This document shows, in pieces, positions 7,963-16,600 of a stretch of 23,900 nt of DNA. This stretch comes from Chthoniobacteraceae bacterium. Its GTDB lineage: Bacteria; Verrucomicrobiota; Verrucomicrobiia; Chthoniobacterales; Chthoniobacteraceae. Position 1 is the first letter of the stretch; each line of letters starts with the position of its first letter. The stretch is taken from NCBI GenBank assembly GCA_031409655.1, contig JANNXQ010000193.1, forward strand, positions 1 to 23,900, given 5' to 3'. The translations under genes were made by a program, and so were the position numbers. The notes below the pieces were generated by a model. That model saw nothing but the letters and a program-made list of their open reading frames with translations, did not search any database and was not told where the DNA came from.

Positions 7963-8991
7963 TCACGCCAGCCGCACCACTCCAGCACCGCGCTCAATGC
8001 GCCCGATGACCCGGCCGTTCGTGAGTTTCACCGCGCGGTCGCGGTCCGCGGCGGCAACGATCACCGCCATGCCGATGCCCATATTGAAGACCTGATACAT
8101 CTCTTCCCGGTCCACTCCCCCACCCTCGCGGATGTGCTCAAAAATCGCGGGCACTTTCCACGAAGCCGTGTCGATCACCGCATCGCAGGTCTTCGGCAGG
8201 ACCCGCGGAAGATTATCCACGAGCCCGCCGCCGGTGATGTGCGCCAGGCCGCGGATCAAGCCAGCAGGGAGGCTGGCGAGGAGCGGTTGGTAGTTGCGAT
8301 GCACGCGGAGCAGTTCGTCACCCAGCGTCTTGGCGACCCCGGGTAGCTTCGCCGTGAGCTTCAGTTTCAGGCGGTCGAAAAGCACGCTCCGCGCGAGGGT
8401 GTAGCCATTCGTGTGCAGGCCGTTTGAGGGCAGACCGAGGATCACATCGCCCGCGCGGACCTTCGATCCGTCGATGAGCTTCGGCCGGTCCACCACCCCG
8501 ATGATCGTGCCCACGAGATCGTATTCCCCCGGATGATACATCCCCGGCATCTGCGCCGTCTCCCCGCCGACGATCGCGCACGCCGCTGCCTTGCACGCTT
8601 TCGCAAAACCCCGCATGAGCTGCGCGAAAACCTGCGGCTCCAGCCTTTCCGCCCCGATGTAATCGAGAAAGAAAAGCGGCCGCGCGCCGATCACCGCGAT
8701 GTCATTCACGCAGTGATTCACGAGATCCTGCCCCACGGTGTCGTGGCGTCCGGTCATGAAGGCGAGCTTCAGCTTCGTCCCCACGCCATCCGCACTGGAG
8801 ACGAGCACCGGATCTTTCATCCCACGAAAGTTCGGCCGAAAAAGCCCACCGAATCCGCCGATGCGCCCGAGCACTTCCGGTCCATGCGTCGCTTTGACCA
8901 TCGCCTGAATCCCGCTCTTCACGCGGTTCCCGAGATCCACATCCACGCCCGCCGCCGCGTAGGCCTTTTTTGATTTTTGAATTTGGGACAT
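7963..8991 (-). CDS. purM: Phosphoribosylformylglycinamidine cyclo-ligase (AIR synthetase)
   Basis: YAAAGVD, GGFGGLF, DGVGTK, GGETAQMPG, SNGLHTNG, HITGGG and FNMGIGM motifs. Confidence 0.97.
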   Translation of the reverse strand: MSQIQKSKKAYAAAGVDVDLGNRVKSGIQAMVKATHGPEVLGRIGGFGGLFRPNFRGMKDPVLVSSADGVGTKLKLAFMTGRHDTVGQDLVNHCVNDIAVIGARPLFFLDYIGAERLEPQVFAQLMRGFAKACKAAACAIVGGETAQMPGMYHPGEYDLVGTIIGVVDRPKLIDGSKVRAGDVILGLPSNGLHTNGYTLARSVLFDRLKLKLTAKLPGVAKTLGDELLRVHRNYQPLLASLPAGLIRGLAHITGGGLVDNLPRVLPKTCDAVIDTASWKVPAIFEHIREGGGVDREEMYQVFNMGIGMAVIVAAADRDRAVKLTNGRVIGRIERGAGVVRLA

Positions 8992-9000
8992 GCGATCGAC

Positions 9001-10455
9001 TCAACTAATCCTAAACAGTTCCGGATGCTCGTCCTCGGCGGCGAGGAGGTTGGTGCGGCTTTGGCGGCGCTCCATGACGAATTTGTCGAGATTTGGGTCC
9101 ACGGGGAGTGGGTAGTCGCCGGTGAAGCAGGCGCGGCAGAAGCTGTCTTCGGACTGGCCGGTGGCGCGGACCATGCCGTCCACGCCGAGATACTCGACGG
9201 AGTCGGCTTCGAGATATTTGCAGATCTCGGGGAGCGTTTTTTGATTCGCGATGAGCTTCTCGGCTTTTGGGAAATCGATGCCGTAGTGGCAGGCGTGTTT
9301 GTGCGGCGGACACGAGATGCGCATGTGGACTTCGGTCGCACCGGCTTCGCGCAAATTGACGACACGCGCGCGCGCCGTGGTGCCGCGGACGATGGAGTCG
9401 TCCACCACGACGACGCGTTTCCCGGCGACCATTTCGTTGATCAGGTTCAGCTTCACCCGCACGTTGAAATCGCGGATGAGCTGGGTCGGCTGGAGGAAGG
9501 TGCGGCCGATGTAGTGATTGCGCACAAAGGCCTGGCCGTAGGGGATGCCGAGCTCTTCGGCGAAGCCCATCGCGCAGTAGTTCCCCGAGTCCGGCACGGG
9601 CACGACGAGATCCGCTTTTACCGGATGCAGGCGGGCGAGTTCGCGGCCCATCTCGGTGCGCACGCGAGCGACGTTGATATTGCTGATGATGGAATCGGGC
9701 CGCGCAAAATAGACGTACTCGAAGATGCAAAACGCGCGGCGCTCGGTCTTGAACGGGAACTCGGAGCGGATGCCGTTTTCGTCGATGATGACCACTTCAC
9801 CGGGCTCGATCTCGCGGATGAATTCGGCGTGGATGAGATCGAAGGCGCAGGTCTCGGAGGAGAGAATGTAGGCGCCATCGAGCTTGCCGAGCGCGAGCGG
9901 GCGGAAGCCGAAGGGATCGCGCACGCCGATGATCTCGCGCTCGCTCATCATGACGAGCGAGAAGGCGCCCTGAATCTTGCGCAGCGAAGCCAGCACGCTG
10001 CTCGTGTCGCTCGGCTGCGCGAGCAAGTGGACGATGATCTCGCTATCGACGGTGGTTTGGAAAATGGAGCCGCGCTGCTCAAGATCCGCGCGGAGGGCGG
10101 CCGCGTTGATGAGGTTGCCATTGTGGCCGATGGCGAGCTGGCCCCGCGCGCAATCGACCATCAGCGGCTGCGCGTTTTTCAGGCTACTGGAGCCCGAGGT
10201 GGAGTAGCGCACGTGGCCGATGGCCCTCGTGCCCTTCAGCCGCTCGAGATCGCCGGGTTTGAAGACCTGCGAGACGAGGCCCATATCCACGTGGCGGACG
10301 AACTCCGTGTTCGGGCCATTTGCCGTGACGATGCCCGCGCTTTCCTGTCCGCGATGTTGCAGGGCAAAGAGCCCGTAGTAGGTGAGAACGGCAGCGTTCG
10401 GGTGTCCGTACACGGCGAAAACGCCGCACTCGTGGGTAGGTTTGTGGTGCTTCAC
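9001..10455 (-). CDS. purF: Amidophosphoribosyltransferase (propeptide plus Fe-S type)
   Basis: HE-CGVF processing site, LQHRGQE, GHVRYST, HNGNL, CIFEYVYFARPDS, VVVDDSIVRGTT, and Cys ligands in CHYGID and CRACFTG. Confidence 0.97.
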   Translation of the reverse strand: MKHHKPTHECGVFAVYGHPNAAVLTYYGLFALQHRGQESAGIVTANGPNTEFVRHVDMGLVSQVFKPGDLERLKGTRAIGHVRYSTSGSSSLKNAQPLMVDCARGQLAIGHNGNLINAAALRADLEQRGSIFQTTVDSEIIVHLLAQPSDTSSVLASLRKIQGAFSLVMMSEREIIGVRDPFGFRPLALGKLDGAYILSSETCAFDLIHAEFIREIEPGEVVIIDENGIRSEFPFKTERRAFCIFEYVYFARPDSIISNINVARVRTEMGRELARLHPVKADLVVPVPDSGNYCAMGFAEELGIPYGQAFVRNHYIGRTFLQPTQLIRDFNVRVKLNLINEMVAGKRVVVVDDSIVRGTTARARVVNLREAGATEVHMRISCPPHKHACHYGIDFPKAEKLIANQKTLPEICKYLEADSVEYLGVDGMVRATGQSEDSFCRACFTGDYPLPVDPNLDKFVMERRQSRTNLLAAEDEHPELFRIS

Positions 10456-10474
10456 TCGGGTCGGGCGAGGCGCG

Positions 10475-10502
10475 AGAGTAGCGGGGCGCGGAGGGCGGTC
10501 AA
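10475..10502 (-). promoter_or_regulatory. Putative sigma70-type promoter for purF-purM
   Basis: TTGACC-N16-TACTCT, ending 19 nt upstream of the GTG start. Confidence 0.55.
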
Positions 10503-10549
10503 GGGAAGCATCGGATCACGCGAAATTTTAGGCGGGGGGGCAGGCTCGG

Positions 10550-10621
10550 AATCGTAATCGTCCTCGTCCACGTCCTCGAATCGCTAACTCTTCGAGGACG
10601 AGGACGAGGACGATTACGATT
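10550..10621. repeat. Long palindrome built from hexamer repeats (GAGGAC/GATTAC); likely sulfatase transcript 3' hairpin
   Basis: 31-bp arms at 10550-10580 and 10591-10621 with one mismatch and a 10-nt loop. Confidence 0.85.
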
Positions 10622-10636
10622 ACGAGGACGACAAAC

Positions 10637-12067
10637 TCACTTCGCCACCGCCATTCTTTGGAGGAGCGCTTTCATCTCCGCGAGCACCTTCGCCTGCGCC
10701 GGATCGGCGGCGAGGTTCTTCAGCTCATGCGGATCGGCCTGCTCATCGAAGAGCATCGCGCCGCCACCTTCGCCATCGTACTCGGCATACCGCCAGCGCT
10801 CGGTGCGCACCGCGCGGCCATTGCTGCCGCTCTTGCTCACGGTGAAGGCCGGATGCTCCCAGGGAGCCTGCGGGTCGCGCAGCAAGGCAGCAAAGCTGTG
10901 CCCTTCCAAGCCGGGCATCGCGGGCAAGCCGCACAGTTCGACGAGCGTCGGGTAGATATCCAGGAAGCTCACCGTGCGTCCCGAGGCCTGCCCATTGCCC
11001 GCCGCCTTTGGCAGCCGCACGATGAGCGGGACGCGCGCCCCGACCTCGTAGAGTGAACCGTGCTTCGACCACTTGCCCTTTTCGCCGAGGTGGTAGCCGT
11101 GGTCGCCCAAGAAGACGACGATGGTCTTTTCCGCCAGGCCGAGCCGGTCGAGCGCGGCCAGCACTTTGCCGATGTTCGCGTCCGTCCACGAAGCTGCCGC
11201 GCGATACGCCTGGATGACCTTGCGAGCTTCCTCCGGCGAGGCGTCGCGATTGATGAAAAGATCGCCATTGCGCGCGGGAATGCTCGCAACGGGAAATCCC
11301 GCCGGCGCCGCAGGCCGCGCCGCAAAGTCCGGCGGCAGGGGCATCTTTGCCGGATCGTAGAGGTCGAAGAAACGCTGCGGGGCGCTCGGCGGGCTGTGCG
11401 GTTTCGTAAAACCGACGCCGATGAAGAATGGCTGGTCCTGGTACTTCTCGAGCAGCGCGATGCCGTTTTTCGCCGTGTAAAAATCGGGGTGATCCTCGCC
11501 GTCGCCAGCGAGCACGACGATGCGATCGGACTGCGCGGGGTCCCGCTTCCGCGCGGCTCCCTTGCCCGTCGGCTGCGGAGGCTGGGAACTCGCCGCCGGT
11601 TTCACGCCGCGACCGGCGGGCGGGCGGGAGTCGAGCGATTCGTGCCACGACGGCGGATCTTCGAGGCTGCCGTGGAAAAGCTTTCCGGTCCGCGCAGTGA
11701 CGTAGCCATTCGCCTTGAAATGCTCCGGCAGCGTCACCCATTCAGGATGCGCGGTGCGAAAGTGATTCGTGTTTTCCAGGACCCCGGACGTGGTTGGGAA
11801 TCGCCCCGTAAAGAGCGACGTGCGCGAAGGATTGCAGAGCGGAAACTGGCAGTAGGCGCGCTCGAATCGCACGGCCGCGGACGCGAGCTTGTCCACGCTC
11901 GGCGTCACCATTCCCGGCGCGCCGTAGCAGGCGATTTCCGGTCGCCAGTCATCGGTGGCGAGGAAGAGCACATTGTACTTTTCCGCCGCGCTCGCTGGCA
12001 GCGTCGCGGCCAGCGCGAGGAGCAAGGTGACGACGAAGGACGACCGGCGGGGGAACGCTGAATGCAT
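10637..12067 (-). CDS. Exported Cys-type sulfatase (iduronate-2-sulfatase/choline-sulfatase-like)
   Basis: NVLFLATDD, formylglycine motif CNPSR-TSLFTG, GKLFH, KPHSP and DHGYHLGEK. Signal peptide with RR and an ASA cleavage motif; start ATG 12067. Confidence 0.92.
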   Translation of the reverse strand: MHSAFPRRSSFVVTLLLALAATLPASAAEKYNVLFLATDDWRPEIACYGAPGMVTPSVDKLASAAVRFERAYCQFPLCNPSRTSLFTGRFPTTSGVLENTNHFRTAHPEWVTLPEHFKANGYVTARTGKLFHGSLEDPPSWHESLDSRPPAGRGVKPAASSQPPQPTGKGAARKRDPAQSDRIVVLAGDGEDHPDFYTAKNGIALLEKYQDQPFFIGVGFTKPHSPPSAPQRFFDLYDPAKMPLPPDFAARPAAPAGFPVASIPARNGDLFINRDASPEEARKVIQAYRAAASWTDANIGKVLAALDRLGLAEKTIVVFLGDHGYHLGEKGKWSKHGSLYEVGARVPLIVRLPKAAGNGQASGRTVSFLDIYPTLVELCGLPAMPGLEGHSFAALLRDPQAPWEHPAFTVSKSGSNGRAVRTERWRYAEYDGEGGGAMLFDEQADPHELKNLAADPAQAKVLAEMKALLQRMAVAK

Positions 12068-12358
12068 GGGGCGAAGATGAAGCGCCGCGACCGTAAAATC
12101 GCAAGACATACCAACGCTGCGGCCCGCAGAAACAAACCACTCCGAGCGCATTCGAGCGATCTTTCGCCAGGCGCGGCGGAAATCTGCCGCCGCCGTTAAA
12201 CATAAGAGTTGACGTGACCTGCCAGAAATAATCGTATCCGCCATGACTCTCGTGCATGGCTGCACGGACCGGGTTTCGCGCCCGGCGTCCGAGTTTTCGA
12301 TACCTACTCAGGTGTCCGCGCTCTCCGTATTCAACCCGCCACCCCACTCAGCACACCC

Positions 12359-13393
12359 ATGAACACACCTCCCAACGCGCTCGGATCGGGCGCTCTCACT
12401 CGCTTCACGGCCCGCAGCCGCAGTCTGCTCGCGCCGCTTGCTTTGTCATTGCTCGCCGCATGGTCGGCGCGCGCCACGGAGGACGGTTTCACGCCGATCT
12501 TCACCAGCACGCTCAATGGCGACTTTGTCACCGCGGGCGCTTCCACCCGGCTCTTTGGCGCACCGACGGCGCAGACCGATCCTTTCAACATCACGCTCAG
12601 CGGCATCCCGGCCGGGAGCACCGTCATCGCGGCATTTGCAAACTGGAGTTACCTCACGGATTTGCCGGGCGATCTCGGCGAAGCAGGCATCACCATCAAT
12701 GGCTCGGCCGTCAACGGCACCGTCTCGGCGGCGACGCCGGATCTGGGATGGGGAAAAGGCGGGGCGGCCTCCTATACGGCGGACGTGACGGCACTGGTCT
12801 TGGGCAATGGGCTCTTTCGGATCGCCAGCGCGGTGGATGACGCCGGGTCGGGCGGCTTGGGTGAAGGGTTTTCGTTGCTCGCGGTCTTCAGCAATCCGGC
12901 GTCCTCGCTCAAGAACGTGAATGTGTACTCGGGCTTCACCTCGAATACCTCGAACCCGCCGGAAGGTCTCGTGCCGTCGTCGGCGGTGCTGGATTTCAGC
13001 GGGAATCCTTACGCGGGCGGGCCGGCGCACTTCTTCCTCAACGCTCTCGACGGCCAGCGCGGGCAGACCGACACCTTCACCCTCAATGGGCTCAATGCGG
13101 GCGGCGTGCTCGGCGGCACGGGCACGGCGGCGGATGCCTGGCAGGGCCTGCTCGGGCCGGCGGCGGCGGGGAATCTCTACGATCACGCGGAGGGGAACGC
13201 GCAGAATTTCCTGCTCATCGGTCAGACCTCGCTCACCGCGCGCACGGCCTTTGGCGCAGGAGTGAATGGGGATGCGGTGGGACACAGCTTTGGCGCGATC
13301 GCCCTCGAGGCGATCCCCGAGCCGGGCACGGCGCTCTTTGGCGTGGGGATCGTGGCGGTCGTCGCCTGGCGGCGGCGGCGTGGCCTCGCGTGA
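12359..13393 (+). CDS. PEP-CTERM exosortase-sorted surface protein (possibly DUF3344-like beta-rich domain)
   Basis: Signal peptide ending ARA; C-terminal IPEP, hydrophobic helix and RRRR. The IPAGSTVIAAFANW segment is reminiscent of DUF3344 (uncertain). Confidence 0.88.
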   Translation: MNTPPNALGSGALTRFTARSRSLLAPLALSLLAAWSARATEDGFTPIFTSTLNGDFVTAGASTRLFGAPTAQTDPFNITLSGIPAGSTVIAAFANWSYLTDLPGDLGEAGITINGSAVNGTVSAATPDLGWGKGGAASYTADVTALVLGNGLFRIASAVDDAGSGGLGEGFSLLAVFSNPASSLKNVNVYSGFTSNTSNPPEGLVPSSAVLDFSGNPYAGGPAHFFLNALDGQRGQTDTFTLNGLNAGGVLGGTGTAADAWQGLLGPAAAGNLYDHAEGNAQNFLLIGQTSLTARTAFGAGVNGDAVGHSFGAIALEAIPEPGTALFGVGIVAVVAWRRRRGLA

Positions 13394-13413
13394 GGGTCCC
13401 GGTTTTTTCCCCC

Positions 13414-13686
13414 ATTCAACCCACAACCCCAGTCAGCACTCCCATGAAAACTCATCCCTACTCACTCGTCTCCGGCACCCTCACTCGATTCGCAGCGATT
13501 GCTTTTTCATTGCTCGCCGCAGGGTCTGCCCGCGCGGTGGAAGACGGCTTTGCACCGATCTTCAGCAGCACGCTCACTGGCGACCTGGCCACGGCGGGCG
13601 CTTCGACGTTGCAATTCGGCACGACGCTCGCGGGCGTGATGCTCGGGGCGCTCATCGCGTTGCGCAGGCCCCGCGCGGTCGCGCGC
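13414..13686 (+). repeat. Diverged, internally deleted duplicate of the upstream PEP-CTERM gene (5' UTR, N-terminus and C-terminal anchor)
   Basis: 13414-13608 aligns to 12329-12547; 13618-13686 aligns without gaps to 13325-13393. Confidence 0.85.
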
Positions 13687-16600
13687 GCCGCGTGTGTGCT
13701 GGCGGCCATCGCCATGACCGGCGTGTCTGGGCTGGCGCAGGATCCCCTGCCCGATCCTCCGGCAGACCCGGACCCCGCGTCGGCGACGGAGCCCGCGTCG
13801 GCGACGGAGCCCGTGGCTGCGGACGATCCGGTGCCAGTGGAAGATCCCGCACCGCCGCCAGAGGAAGAGACATCCGGCGTGGAGCCGCAAGGAGACCCGT
13901 TTGCGACCCGGCAATCGTCGCCCATCGCGATCTCCTTCAACGATGCGCGGCTGGTCCATGTGAATCCCGATCAGGACACGGTTTCGGTCTTCAATACCGC
14001 GACGCCCTCGCCCACCAAGCTCGCGGAAATCGCCGTGGGCGCGGAGCCGAACAGCGTGGCGATCCATCCCAACAACACCACGGCCTACGTCGCCAATTCG
14101 GTGAGCGGCAACGTGTCGGTGGTGAATCTCACGACGCTCGCCGTCACCGCGACCATCCCCGTGGGCGCAGAGCCGCGGGCGCTCGTGCTCTCCGTGAACG
14201 GTCTGCGGCTCTACGTGGGCAATCATTCCTCCAACTCCGTGAGCGTCATCGACACGACGAGCAACGCCGTCATCGCCACCGTCGATCTCAGCGCCTTTGG
14301 CACCGCGCCCGACGCGCTCGCCACCGATGAATCCAACATCATCTATGTCGCGATGTTTTACGGGCAGCTCCGGCCGGGAAAGGGAGCAGTCGATGAAGGC
14401 CAGGACGATCAGCGGGAAGGCCACGTGGTCGCGATCAACGGCAACACCAATACCGTGTTCGCCGCGCCCAATCCGGTGGTGCTCGGACCGCTCGCCAACG
14501 CCGGCTTCAACTCCAACGGGCGACTCGCGCCGGGGCCCGGCCAGGTGCCCGCGGTCGCCTCGACCAACCCGCAGACTTTCACCACGCCCACCGGCGCGTA
14601 TCCGAATCAGCTCATGTCCATCGCGCTCCGCCCAAACGGCGGCGAGACCTACGTCGTGAGCACCGGCGCCTCGCCCAATGGCCCGCTGCGGTTCAATCAG
14701 ATGGCGCAGGGACTCGTGTCCGTTTTCAATCGCTTCCTCCGCACCGAGATCACTGCCGCGCAGACCGATCCCACCGTGCGCCGCACCGCGCCGCTCAATC
14801 TCAACCAGGGCGTCAACCTCGCGACCACACCCGCGCCGCGACTTTTCATGACGAATCCCGTGGCGATGGCGTGGCGGCCGAATGGCTCCGATGCGTGGGT
14901 GGTGATCCAGAATGGCAATCTGCTCGTGCGGCTCACGGCCGATGCCGGCGGCGTCCCGAGTATCGGCGCGCCACTGGTCGCGGGACCGAGCACGATCGTG
15001 CGCGTGGATTTGCAAGAACCGCCACCGGGACTCATCGCCGGCAAAGCGCCGCGTGGCCTCGCCATCAACAACGCGGGCACGCGCGCTTACGTGTTCAATT
15101 TCGTGAGCCGCTCGGTGACCAACGTCGATATCACGAACGGCCTCGCGCCCGTGATCGTCGGCACCGCGCAATCCAGCGCGCTTCCCGTGCCGGGCACGAG
15201 CGACTTCCTCGTGCAGCAAGGCGCCGAGCTTTTCTTCACGGGGCGCGGACCGCAGGAGCGCATGTCGAGTGAGAATTGGGGCGGCTGCATCGTCTGCCAT
15301 CCGTTCGGCGGACGCGCCGATGGCGTGACGTGGATGTTCGACGCCGGCCCGCGGCAGACCATCCCGCTCGACGGCATGTTCGACCCGAACAACACCGCTG
15401 ATCAGCGGCTGCTGAACTGGAGCGCGGTGCGCGATGAAAACCACGACTTCGAGCTGAACACGCGCGGCGTCTTCGGCGGACGCGGTCTCGTCGATGACGA
15501 CCGGCTCACGCTCGTCTTCGGCGGCGCGCTCGGCACGACCCCCGCGGATGTGAGCGTCATCGAGCAATTCAACAACGCCAACGGCGCGGTGACGACGACC
15601 AACGACCTCCGCCTCGGCGGCGCGCTCCCAACGCTCGCCGCCTTTGCGGCGCGGCGCGATTTCGCCATCGCCACGCTCGGCGACGATCGCGTCTTCATCA
15701 TCGGCGGACGCAGCGGCGCGGGCCAGGGCGCGCTGATCACGGGCGCGAATACCGTGCTCGAATTCAACCCGCGCACGAACATCCTGCGCACGCGCAGCCC
15801 GGTCGGTTTCACGCCGCGGCATTCCTTCGGTGCGGCGGCGGTGAAGACCTCGGGTGGGCCGCGCATCTACGCCATTGGTGGCTACGCGAGCACTCTGGCG
15901 TCGGCGACTCCCTCGACCACGGTCCAGGAATTCAATCCGAGCACCAACACCTGGCGCACCGTTGCGTCGTTGCCATCGGGAGTAGCCGAGTTTGGCATCA
16001 CCGCCGCGGGCGGAGTGAACACCGCCGAGCCGCTCGAGCTCATCCACGTGGTCTCGGGCAACACCGGCTCGGAAGGTGCGCCTTCAGTCGCAAATCCGAA
16101 TCTCGTGCAGCGCTTCCAAGCCAACCCCACCGGGCCGGGTACGTGGAGCGCGTTCAATCCCGCGGGCCTCACCCCGCGCCGCCTCCTCGGCGCCGCCAAT
16201 GCGCTGCGCGGCGTGAGTTCGCGCATCTTCGTCATCGGCGGCCTCGACGCTGCCGGCACTGCGCTCTCGACGGTCGAGGAATACCTCGCGCAAGCCGTGA
16301 CCCTCGTTGCCACGCCACACACCTCGCTACCCGCGCCGCGCGCGCGCTTCGGCATCGGCAGCACCACGACCACGAATCAGATCTACGTTATCGGCGGCAC
16401 CGACACCGGCGGCCTCGATCAGACGAGCGTCTTCGAATACACCATCGCCAACAACGGCCCCGTCGCCGGTCCCACTGGGACGCCGAGCGGAACGTGGGTC
16501 ACGCGCGGCAACCTCTCCGCGCCGCGCCGCTCGCTCGGCCTGTCGATCCCGCCCGGCGTCACGAACTTCCTCACCGTGCGCAACAGCGGACGCAACGCCC

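Noticed and set aside
12329..13608. Diversity-generating retroelement TR/VR pair
   Set aside because: Differences between the copies are not adenine-specific, include an indel and cover signal-peptide sequence; there is no reverse transcriptase in the window.
13507..16047. 846-aa - strand ORF (likewise 19335-21641, 8977-10557 and 6512-8095)
   Set aside because: Shadow ORFs opposite well-supported genes, with Arg/Ala/Gly-rich composition and no domains.
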